Positions 1 through 8,177 of a DNA stretch of 64,000 nt are shown one piece after another. The position numbers and the translations under genes are program-made. Source of the stretch: a virus. Lineage: Duplodnaviria > Caudoviricetes. The stretch spans positions 1,367-65,366 of the IMG/VR virus record IMGVR_UViG_3300022666_000141; one strand, given 5' to 3'. Position 1 is the stretch's first letter; every line of letters starts with the position of its first letter. Under the pieces are notes generated by a model. That model ran no database searches, had not been told where the DNA came from, and saw only the letters and a list, made by a program, of their open reading frames with translations.

Positions 1-34
1 GCGATGAAACCCACCATGAACCACAGAAAATTCT

Positions 35-178
35 TCATTTCTCTTTCCTTTCTTTGATTAATGGACAATCTGTTGCAATGCAATTGAAAACATCAACTGC
101 ACCTGGACATTCAGCGTCAACACAATCGGAAGTGGTAATTCTCCAGATGATGTCGTCATCGCCTTCGTAGTCGTCCAT
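35..178 (-). CDS. Small acidic/Cys-rich hypothetical protein (47 aa, below ORF-track cutoff)
   Basis: Read by hand: MDDYEGDDDIIWRITTSDCVDAECPGAVDVFNCIATDCPLIKERKEK. GAGG precedes the ATG, and the stop overlaps (ATGA) a further ORF that runs off the left edge. Confidence 0.4.
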   Translation of the reverse strand: MDDYEGDDDIIWRITTSDCVDAECPGAVDVFNCIATDCPLIKERKEK

Positions 179-185
179 AAGAACC

Positions 186-524
186 TCACCGAAATTTTGT
201 TAAGGGGTGGTCTTGATTTCTCTGCTCGATTAAGCGTTGGTTGATGTTTTCCAACAAGCTAACCCTCTTTTCCAAATTGACTATGTAGATGACAGAAGGT
301 AAGCCAAAAACTGTAATGAAAACACCAAGAACCCAGAGTAATGCTGTTAATTTAGTATTCAACGAAACCAATAACGCCTGGTTATTCTGGTGGTAATCGC
401 ATACTTCTTTTCCGGAATTAAGTTCGTTGATGATGTTGGTTACAATAGCCGAAAGTTCCTCTTTTGTCACCACCACGCCCTTACTATAATCAGGCCGGGT
501 AAATTCATCAGCCATAAGCATCAC
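186..524 (-). CDS. Membrane protein with one TM helix plus coiled coil (holin- or spanin-like candidate)
   Basis: Hydrophobic stretch LLWVLGVFITVFGLPSVIYIV followed by the heptad-like NLEKRVSLLE; located in the lysis cassette. Confidence 0.5.
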   Translation of the reverse strand: MMLMADEFTRPDYSKGVVVTKEELSAIVTNIINELNSGKEVCDYHQNNQALLVSLNTKLTALLWVLGVFITVFGLPSVIYIVNLEKRVSLLENINQRLIEQRNQDHPLTKFR

Positions 525-542
525 CCCTTTCTTTTAGGTTGG

Positions 543-881
543 TTATTGAATAGGCTGAATTAGAGTGAAAATCAGCGGGGGGTACCCGTCAGATATTAAT
601 TTCTGCACCCTCTCGGACAAAACCGGGTCAGAGCAATTCATGAGCAACAAATTGAGTTTGGACGAGTTCAGAAGTTGCCATGCAAGGTACGCTTGGGACG
701 CAGCAAGGCATTGATCTTGTTGCATCAACCCTGTTCTACAGGCGATAGAAACGTCAGTTGCCGCAACGATCTTTACTTGCTGCGTCTTTTCGGCCAAAGA
801 CACCATCTCATCTGTAGTCTGAATTTGCCCACCAGTACACCCGACGACTAACAATGCAAACAACAGGATAAAACTTTTCAT
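543..881 (-). CDS. Lipoprotein (possible spanin component)
   Basis: Start reassigned to MKSFILLFALLVVGC (ATGA overlap with the upstream stop at 878-881); signal peptide ends in a lipobox VVG-C. Confidence 0.6.
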   Translation of the reverse strand: MKSFILLFALLVVGCTGGQIQTTDEMVSLAEKTQQVKIVAATDVSIACRTGLMQQDQCLAASQAYLAWQLLNSSKLNLLLMNCSDPVLSERVQKLISDGYPPLIFTLIQPIQ

Positions 882-1246
882 TTCTGCCCTCCTTTCCAAT
901 GTGACCCACCAAAGATTCGTACTGCCCGATATGCGATGGTCCTTCTCCACCAAGAAACATATTCTTCTTTCATTAACTGCAAAAAAATTTGGTCAACGTC
1001 TTTCCTACTGTATATGCCGCAACCAGCATACTGGTAGAAAAAATCATGTACCAATGGTGCTGTTATGCTCAGTTCAAATGGTGCAATAACCCTCCATAAC
1101 AAACGCGGTATTGATGCAAGGTCTGTGATATAACCTTCTGCAATCAATATATCAATACCCGGTGGACGCGTTATCTTAATATCGAAATCTTTCGTAACAA
1201 TCCACCGTGCCATTTCAACATCGTATGTTACAGAAGGTCGTTTCAT
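878..1246 (-). CDS. DUF1353 family protein
   Basis: Family motifs TDLASIP, APLVHDFFY, R..VDQIF, YRAVRIFG. Confidence 0.85.
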   Translation of the reverse strand: MKRPSVTYDVEMARWIVTKDFDIKITRPPGIDILIAEGYITDLASIPRLLWRVIAPFELSITAPLVHDFFYQYAGCGIYSRKDVDQIFLQLMKEEYVSWWRRTIAYRAVRIFGGSHWKGGQK

Positions 1247-1247
1247 A

Positions 1248-1709
1248 TCAAGCCTCCCAATTCTTATTTACTTTGTCGACATAAACCTGATTCATGTACC
1301 TCCCATTTTTTAACTTTATAGGGCTCCCTGCGTTATACGCAGCGATGACCCCAGGCCAACCATACTTGGTGTAATACTTGTTCATCAACCGAGCAAGGTA
1401 CTTACACCCATATTTTATACCGGTGTCAACAGTGTGTAAAACCGAATACGGGCCGGTAAAGCCAAGTTCTCGAGCCGTCTGACCAAGAACTTGCATTGGA
1501 CCATATGAGGTAGAACGAGCAGTGTACTCTGCCTTCGACAATCTGATGCGGTCCACCAACCACTTAAAGAAACCTGGCTCATACCTAGTTCTTTTATCTG
1601 CCCAACCAGAGGATTCAGTTTGGACTATGGCGCGAACCAATTCGACAGGAACACCATACTGTTTAGAATAGGTTTGAACAGCCTGTTCAACCTCCGTTAC
1701 GAATTTCAT
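1248..1709 (-). CDS. Endolysin, SLT-type lytic transglycosylase
   Basis: AIVQTES (catalytic E), YGPMQV, IKYGCKYL, AAYNAG. Start reassigned to MKFVTE after an AGGAGG RBS. Confidence 0.88.
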   Translation of the reverse strand: MKFVTEVEQAVQTYSKQYGVPVELVRAIVQTESSGWADKRTRYEPGFFKWLVDRIRLSKAEYTARSTSYGPMQVLGQTARELGFTGPYSVLHTVDTGIKYGCKYLARLMNKYYTKYGWPGVIAAYNAGSPIKLKNGRYMNQVYVDKVNKNWEA

Positions 1710-1719
1710 GTCTTCCTCC

Positions 1720-4479
1720 TTATATGGCAAGAGATAAGTACGGGACTGTGGATAAGTCCTCGGAAACGCCAGCTCTATTGAAGGATGCAACTTTGAAATA
1801 AAGGGTTGCACCAGCATCAACAGGCAAGATTGAGTAAGCAACAAAACCACCATCATATACAGCGAAGAGATCTCCTGCTTCAATATCCCCTGTTTCATGA
1901 TATAACACCGTTCCGGCTTCATCATAAATGAAGTCTGTCAATTTCCATATTCTAGGTGAAAGTAACGTTGCTGTCATGAACCGACAGAACTTATCTCCGG
2001 AGTTAGTCCGCACCACAAACAAATTCATTAGTGGTGTGGCAAGTAATTCAGCAAATGTAAGAGCCGAATTTAGCGTATCGTCCGTATCCAAGGCTACGAT
2101 GATATAAGGAGGCTCAGAAGTAGCGGAAGGCGAGCTAGAAGGCGAAGTTGAAGGACTATTTGAAGGTGATGAATCCAAACTTGGGCTGCTTGACGGCGAA
2201 CTACTAACCGATGGGCTGCCAGAAGGGGACGAGCTAGCGGAAGGACTTCCAGAAGGGGAACTAGACGCACTAGGAGAAGATGATGGAGAATCACTGGGAC
2301 TTGAACTTGCCGTCACCGACGGAGAGGAGCTCGGTGATGAATCCAAACTTGGACTACTTGAAGGCGAAGAACTCACACTTGGTGATGCAGAAGGACTGTT
2401 AGAGGGGCTTGCGCTGTTACTCACCTCCATGTTCACACTCAATACGGTACCAGTGATGCCCGATCCGTTCCTTGACGCGACAGATTCGTAAGTACCACCA
2501 GCGGAATATGACCTATAAAGTTCAACCCCATCCCAAGCTTCATTGCCAGATTCAGAGTAAGCAACACCAACTAGATTTCTATCAGTGTACATATTAGGCA
2601 CTCGAAACGCTATCGGGTGTATTACAGAACCAGCAGGATCATTATACGCTGGTGCAACAGGTTGTGAAGCTGGAAGGTAGCTTATCACCCAGCTATTGAA
2701 TGTTCCAGATCCCCCAATAGAAGTTATATTGACAGTTAGTGTATTAACAAAATACCCGAGAACAGTTCCATCCATATAGTTAGAACTACTTCCAGAAGCA
2801 GAGATATGAATCCTGCCACCCTCAACGAAATCAATACCAGCAGCGACCTGAAATGATTTCTCACCAAGTCCTATGGTGATGGATGAACTAGATGCGCATG
2901 TGATTCCAGGTGCGTAAACGAAAGTGTTTACATATGGACTATCATCCATAGCATCAACAACAATCTGATAGTCTGGTTGTTCTTTGATAGCACCTATCCT
3001 TAGATTAGCTGCATTCATTTCAAGATCAGCCTCAGTGAACTCTATCACTTGGCCGGGTCGTAAATCCAAATTCTTCAACCCCAACTTGAATGAGTATGTT
3101 TGTACATCAATCAAGGATTTGCGTAACATTCTGTATGCCATCCTGATAGCTCGCACCCAAGTACAGAAACCTTCAAGGTTGGTCGTTACGTCAAGCAAAC
3201 CATTCTTATCTATATCAACGACATCATCAGCAGTAACAACACCAGTTACATATTCATCTGACCTCTTAGTATATTGAACATTGACTCTATTCTTGTAATC
3301 CTTGCCAGCTTTAGAAGTACCAGCCATAGGAAGTTGGTTTATAATCTTCACTAGATCAGACGTTCCTAACCGTGTCACTGGTGTTTCTACCTTCAACTGA
3401 TGGTGCGAAATGACACCATTCAAATACGTCATGTATCCATCATGATGATTTATTACCGCTTGTAAAGCATCGAGTACGCTAACTTGTGAATCGAATACTA
3501 ATGATATGTAAAGATCATTATCTTCACAATATTTTTGTGATACGGTTGCAGCAGCATAATCCCATACGGAGTCATCAAGACCAAGACCATAAAAATCATT
3601 AGTCAATATGTCCCAGGTTATCGCCTGAGGTAGTACATCTTGTGGGTTGCTTGTTAAATTTATATAAATATTAAATAACTGTACACGCTCATTTAGAGCA
3701 TCAGCAACCCATATTATAGCACTAGTGCCTGTTCCATGAGCACTTAACAAATGAGCCCCATTAAACAACCCAGCACCAACACCCTGGCCACCGGAATGGT
3801 ATGCAAAAGTTCCAGAATTAGTCCACACAGACAACCGATTATTCCCAGAGTCCATAACACAAACATGGTTTTCAACTGAATATGTAATGGACGTTGGATT
3901 GTCCAGCTCCCCATCACCTTGCCCATACAAACCGAATTGGCTAACATAAGACAAGTTGGTGTTCAATCTCTGTATTCTGTTATTTCCAGAATCAACAACA
4001 TAACAATAGTCTTGAGTGGAATTCCAAAACACATCGTTTGGGCTGTTGAATTGAAGATTTCCAGTTCCAGTACTTCCCACAGACTGAATGTAGTTTGCAT
4101 CTAAATCATACACATCAATACAATCATTTTCTTTATCAACCACTAATATGAATTCATCATTAATACAAATACCACCACATCTTCCATCAGAATGACTTAA
4201 AGCGAAACGTGAAACAAAAATTCCGGCGGTTGTGAATATTGATATATACTGTGACCCAGCATCAGTCACGTATATGTGATCTTCTTCAGCACTGTTGGAG
4301 CCAGCTTTAACACCATAAGGATTTACGAACTCCCCTTCCGCAGGATTTGTTGGATTAACTGCAGGAGTTCCAAATTCAGTAGTTTCTCCACCGGCATCTG
4401 GGTATATCTTGCAAATCCCATCCTCATAGAATGAAACGTAGGTGTTATATCCAAAATGATCTACTCCATATGGTCTCAT
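1720..4479 (-). CDS. Tail tip/host-specificity protein: NHL beta-propeller + phage-tail hub domain + Ser/Pro-rich insert
   Basis: NHL repeats (FNSPNDV, LDNPTSI, VMDSGNNR, ADALNERVQLF); hub motif WDILTNDFYGLG; NRVNVQY; ~100-aa SPSS tract; last gene of the tail operon. Confidence 0.8.
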   Translation of the reverse strand: MRPYGVDHFGYNTYVSFYEDGICKIYPDAGGETTEFGTPAVNPTNPAEGEFVNPYGVKAGSNSAEEDHIYVTDAGSQYISIFTTAGIFVSRFALSHSDGRCGGICINDEFILVVDKENDCIDVYDLDANYIQSVGSTGTGNLQFNSPNDVFWNSTQDYCYVVDSGNNRIQRLNTNLSYVSQFGLYGQGDGELDNPTSITYSVENHVCVMDSGNNRLSVWTNSGTFAYHSGGQGVGAGLFNGAHLLSAHGTGTSAIIWVADALNERVQLFNIYINLTSNPQDVLPQAITWDILTNDFYGLGLDDSVWDYAAATVSQKYCEDNDLYISLVFDSQVSVLDALQAVINHHDGYMTYLNGVISHHQLKVETPVTRLGTSDLVKIINQLPMAGTSKAGKDYKNRVNVQYTKRSDEYVTGVVTADDVVDIDKNGLLDVTTNLEGFCTWVRAIRMAYRMLRKSLIDVQTYSFKLGLKNLDLRPGQVIEFTEADLEMNAANLRIGAIKEQPDYQIVVDAMDDSPYVNTFVYAPGITCASSSSITIGLGEKSFQVAAGIDFVEGGRIHISASGSSSNYMDGTVLGYFVNTLTVNITSIGGSGTFNSWVISYLPASQPVAPAYNDPAGSVIHPIAFRVPNMYTDRNLVGVAYSESGNEAWDGVELYRSYSAGGTYESVASRNGSGITGTVLSVNMEVSNSASPSNSPSASPSVSSSPSSSPSLDSSPSSSPSVTASSSPSDSPSSSPSASSSPSGSPSASSSPSGSPSVSSSPSSSPSLDSSPSNSPSTSPSSSPSATSEPPYIIVALDTDDTLNSALTFAELLATPLMNLFVVRTNSGDKFCRFMTATLLSPRIWKLTDFIYDEAGTVLYHETGDIEAGDLFAVYDGGFVAYSILPVDAGATLYFKVASFNRAGVSEDLSTVPYLSLAI
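2113..2420 (-). repeat. Low-complexity Ser/Pro coding tract (SPSSSPS) within the tail tip gene
   Basis: Translates to SASPSNSPSASPSVSSSPSSSPSLD...SPSATSEP with synonymously degenerate codons. Confidence 0.9.
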
Positions 4480-5162
4480 GCTGGTACCCCTTCACTTATT
4501 GGTTCTGAAGTCAAGAAATGCGATCTGTAACTTGTAACAGTGTCTATTAACAAACACCCACTAACTTCAAACGTAAAATTAGGAATATATGGTGATTTAC
4601 CTAGATCATAGTTCGGGAATACAACCCAACATAAACCTTTGTAAGTAGGGGCTCGATCAAGAAATGACGCCATGTGTGAATCCGGCTCAGTTTGAAGTCC
4701 GTTATAAATGCGTATTTCATCATCAGCAATCATTTGATTAAGATCCTGTTCATTCTTACCAACCCACAATCTAGTAACTTCCATTCCGGCATAAGCACCA
4801 TTGGAAGCAGCAGTATTCAGGCACAACCCCCATGCCATAGAAACAGAATAGGTGTAAACCTTGACTTTCTGCTTTCCAACACGTTCCTTTTTAACATGAA
4901 CAACATAGTTTCCATACCAGAGACAATTCCCTGAAACCTTTCTTGTTCCATATATAGCAGGCACTACTCCACCATACTGAGAAGATTGGAATTTAAGAGT
5001 GTCCGGCCTTGGGCTTGCTGCTGTAGTTGGAAACAGTGCAGTACCTATTCCAGCTATAACAGCAAACGCAAACGGAGCCGCATAATACTGTTGAAAAATA
5101 CACAGTACTATGGCAACAATCGCTGCTACAACAAATGAGAATATCTGACCAAGGTTACTCAT
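4476..5162 (-). CDS. Tail hub N-terminal module, copy 2 (228 aa)
   Basis: Hydrophobic N-terminus, YGGVVPAIYGTRKVSGNCLWY and PYIPNFTFEV; paralogue of 5155-6570. Confidence 0.75.
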   Translation of the reverse strand: MSNLGQIFSFVVAAIVAIVLCIFQQYYAAPFAFAVIAGIGTALFPTTAASPRPDTLKFQSSQYGGVVPAIYGTRKVSGNCLWYGNYVVHVKKERVGKQKVKVYTYSVSMAWGLCLNTAASNGAYAGMEVTRLWVGKNEQDLNQMIADDEIRIYNGLQTEPDSHMASFLDRAPTYKGLCWVVFPNYDLGKSPYIPNFTFEVSGCLLIDTVTSYRSHFLTSEPISEGVPA

Positions 5163-6570
5163 AGTAATGTTGCTCGAATACTGTTATAACAGGAACACCA
5201 TCTATAATTCTAAATAGGAACCCTGTGGTATCCAACGGGTAGGTTTCTCCCATACGCAACACCCGATGTTCCATGTCTTTAGTAAGGTCCCATGTAGTTG
5301 GAAGGTATATGCTTCTTCCTTCGATAGTTCTGGCAGTATAACCTGAAAACGAAGTGTCCTCATACCAGCTTATACTTCCTGCAGCATCGCTATACGCAGG
5401 TTGGTACGTGATAGGTGGACCTTCATCAAACCATGGATAAGTATCGATGTATGTTTCTGTGTCTGAATACGGAGCCTCTTCCACCCAAATGTCCGGCGGT
5501 GCCCCTAAATCCGTATATGAACCATCAGTTGCCATCTGCCAGAAATCGTTCAAACTATCAGTGAAGTACATATGAACCATGTCGGTTATGAAACCATTCG
5601 CCATCATATATTCACCAACAGTCTCGTACGGCCAATCGTTATCCTCAAACACAGACAAACCGGTTAGAACCGACAGAATAGTTAAACCAGCAGGTGGTCC
5701 GGACCATCCAATAAACACATAATTGCTGTCAACAATAATAAGCGGCCCGTCAGCACCTGTAGGCCGATTTATCACCGTTGTCCAAGCTGTTGAATAATCG
5801 GTGTTTATGCGAGTCACCCTGTATGTGGAAGAGTCTACCAACCCACCAACAATGATTATTGCCTCTTCAGTAGTAGAAGATTCCTCATCAACAACAGGGT
5901 CTGAGGTCAAGAAATGTGATCTGTAACTTGTCACTGTATTTATGTCTAAAGTTCCACCAACCTCGAAAGTCAGGTTAGGAATATATGGAGAATTGCCAAG
6001 ATCAAAATTGGGCAAGACTACCCAAACCAACCCTTTGTATACAGGAGCTCGATCAAGAAAGGATGACATATGAGAATCAGGTTCAGTTTGCAATCCATTG
6101 TAAATTCTAATATCATCATTGGCCAGCATATCTGCAAGATCAAGCTCATTCTTCCCAGACCACATTCTTGTTATTTCTAATCCTGAATAATCCCCGTTGG
6201 CATTGGCTGTGTTCATGCAGATGCCCCAAGCTAACGAAACTGTATAGGTATAACCAGTAGTTGAACTTCCACCACCTTTACCTCCAGAAGATTTCTGCTT
6301 ATGTGACTGGTAATTATCATACCATAGACAGTTCCCCGACATCTTTCTAGTACCATATACCACTGGTATGGCCGTACCATAATTGGAAGTCTGGAACTGA
6401 AGCTCTGCTGGTCTGGGTTGTGCCACTTTCGCAGGAAAAAGAGCCGACCCAACACTGGCTATGGTTGAAAATACGGCAAAACCCAGAGCTGGGTTCTGGG
6501 TAATATATCCTACGACGATACCCACAATAGCGGCAACAACAAATGTTATTATCCTACCTGCGTTGCTCAT
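5155..6570 (-). CDS. Tail hub N-terminal module, copy 1, with ~240-aa extra C-terminal region
   Basis: YGTAIPVVYGTRKMSGNCLWY and PYIPNLTFEV; follows the NlpC/P60 gene as in GTA/lambda-like tail tips. Confidence 0.75.
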   Translation of the reverse strand: MSNAGRIITFVVAAIVGIVVGYITQNPALGFAVFSTIASVGSALFPAKVAQPRPAELQFQTSNYGTAIPVVYGTRKMSGNCLWYDNYQSHKQKSSGGKGGGSSTTGYTYTVSLAWGICMNTANANGDYSGLEITRMWSGKNELDLADMLANDDIRIYNGLQTEPDSHMSSFLDRAPVYKGLVWVVLPNFDLGNSPYIPNLTFEVGGTLDINTVTSYRSHFLTSDPVVDEESSTTEEAIIIVGGLVDSSTYRVTRINTDYSTAWTTVINRPTGADGPLIIVDSNYVFIGWSGPPAGLTILSVLTGLSVFEDNDWPYETVGEYMMANGFITDMVHMYFTDSLNDFWQMATDGSYTDLGAPPDIWVEEAPYSDTETYIDTYPWFDEGPPITYQPAYSDAAGSISWYEDTSFSGYTARTIEGRSIYLPTTWDLTKDMEHRVLRMGETYPLDTTGFLFRIIDGVPVITVFEQHYYE

Positions 6571-6985
6571 TGAATCTCCAAGCAGAATCGAATTTCTCTG
6601 TCAGGTTGCCTACGTTGACAATAACAACACCATTCTGAATATGGCTGTGCACTAACTTTCCATCACCTAGGTACATACCAGCATGGTTTGCACAACGACC
6701 ATACGTATATATCAGTATGTCCCCAACTTCGATATCCTCAAACTTGACTTCAGTGCAATAATCAGAAAGACCTTGCTTCAGGATGCTGATATCGTTATGC
6801 AAAGCATAGTCAGCAGCATATTTAGTGGTTTTGAAATCTTTAGGCAACCAACCGAAAGCAATCGCCAAGGCAACGATGAATTGAAGACAGTCAGTACCAT
6901 ACCCTTTCACAGCAATTCCATGTTTCCAGGGAGTAAACGGCTTCAACCATGAATTGACTTCTTGCATAATCTGTTCTTGTGTCAT
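6554..6985 (-). CDS. NlpC/P60 tail assembly peptidase (lambda gpK-like)
   Basis: DCLQF (catalytic C), GDILIY, HAGMYLGDGKLVHS. Confidence 0.85.
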   Translation of the reverse strand: MTQEQIMQEVNSWLKPFTPWKHGIAVKGYGTDCLQFIVALAIAFGWLPKDFKTTKYAADYALHNDISILKQGLSDYCTEVKFEDIEVGDILIYTYGRCANHAGMYLGDGKLVHSHIQNGVVIVNVGNLTEKFDSAWRFNEQRR

Positions 6986-6996
6986 AACAACCCCCA

Positions 6997-7824
6997 TTAG
7001 TATAAGATCATCTCTGGTTTCGGGATATATTCAAACCCAAAGAAATTAGCATAATTATTGAACTTGTTGGCACATGTTTGACCTGTTCTGTCACAGCCCC
7101 AATAGACTGTAAAAGTATCATCAGTTTCAACTTCCTCAGGAAATGGCGTTATCAACGTTACATAACCATCAAAATGCTCAACCACCATCCTTGAGATAGT
7201 GTCATTGTTGCCGGAAGTCATAAGCAACTCACCACGAACCCACCATCCCTGTCTCATATTAGAATACGCAAAGACAGTAGAGTATATGGTGACAACAGTG
7301 CTATTTGCCCCGACTACCCCGTTCTGACTGTAACTCGCTTTACTCAATCCACAACGAGTGTCAAATAGCTTGTGCTGGCAATACTCTGAATACACCAGCT
7401 TGGGAAACTTGTCATTCAACTTGTCCAATATCGAACCTACTGATATCGTCATAGTACCTTGGTCATATGATATGCCACCGGTCAGATACCCATCAAATCT
7501 AACGACAGCGTTGGTAAGAGCTACATAATCAAGAAGTAATATGCGAACTCTCATGTAGCGAAAATACCCACGCTTGATTATCTGCGGTATCGTGAGCTGG
7601 TTGCCGCCTATTATGACACCAACCACACCCATAGTGATGTCAACCTTGTCTGCTTGAAGATTTGAATGGTACGCAATGTTGCTGCGACTCATGGGAATTG
7701 ACTGATACGTTCTCCCAAGATACGTTATATTCGTACTGTGCGGTGTGAAATACGCAGTCAACCCATTCGTCAATTGCAACTCATAGATCTCGGTCAACGT
7801 ATTTCTAATGTTAGTTAAGTCCAT
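6997..7824 (-). CDS. Tail tip protein, DUF2163/BR0599 family (gpL-like)
   Basis: Cys pattern CQHKLFDTRCG ... GCDRTGQTC..F.NYANFFGFEYIP; synteny after the tape measure. Confidence 0.85.
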   Translation of the reverse strand: MDLTNIRNTLTEIYELQLTNGLTAYFTPHSTNITYLGRTYQSIPMSRSNIAYHSNLQADKVDITMGVVGVIIGGNQLTIPQIIKRGYFRYMRVRILLLDYVALTNAVVRFDGYLTGGISYDQGTMTISVGSILDKLNDKFPKLVYSEYCQHKLFDTRCGLSKASYSQNGVVGANSTVVTIYSTVFAYSNMRQGWWVRGELLMTSGNNDTISRMVVEHFDGYVTLITPFPEEVETDDTFTVYWGCDRTGQTCANKFNNYANFFGFEYIPKPEMILY

Positions 7825-8177
7825 TAGGTAACCACCTCATTCACTTGGATGAATGTCACTTCATTCAAACTGTACAGCTCGTACTCGAAATATTCAAAAT
7901 CATACGAATCTTTCTCGAACCGAACAACATACAAGGTACCGTCCTCATCATACAAGTTGAATGCCTCAAATGCCCCTTTTCTGGCAATGAAGAAATCAAG
8001 CACCAACTGGTATTGCGCTGCTGTCAAAGCCTCGAGGGACGCTTTTATCTTATATCTGGGGGTTGGCTCTAGGCTGATCCTTTGCTCTACCGCCGCACCA
8101 TAGTTAATGATGACAGTGCTGAATTGTGGGGTTTTTACTAAAGGAAAACTTATAGGTACATCAGGAAAGTCAGCCAT
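7824..8177 (-). CDS. Distal tail protein, DUF2460-like
   Basis: PQFSTVII...EQR...FFIARKGAFEAF...VRF motif; immediately downstream of the tape measure. Confidence 0.75.
   Translation of the reverse strand: MADFPDVPISFPLVKTPQFSTVIINYGAAVEQRISLEPTPRYKIKASLEALTAAQYQLVLDFFIARKGAFEAFNLYDEDGTLYVVRFEKDSYDFEYFEYELYSLNEVTFIQVNEVVT

Noticed and set aside
4461-4500. Frameshift fusing the 228-aa module to the 919-aa tail protein
   Set aside because: No canonical slippery heptamer; the -1 frame has a TGA just upstream; a GAAGGGG SD with an ATGA overlap supports independent initiation.
4476-6570. Diversity-generating retroelement (TR/VR pair)
   Set aside because: No reverse transcriptase in the window, and the differences between copies are synonymous-type rather than adenine-specific.
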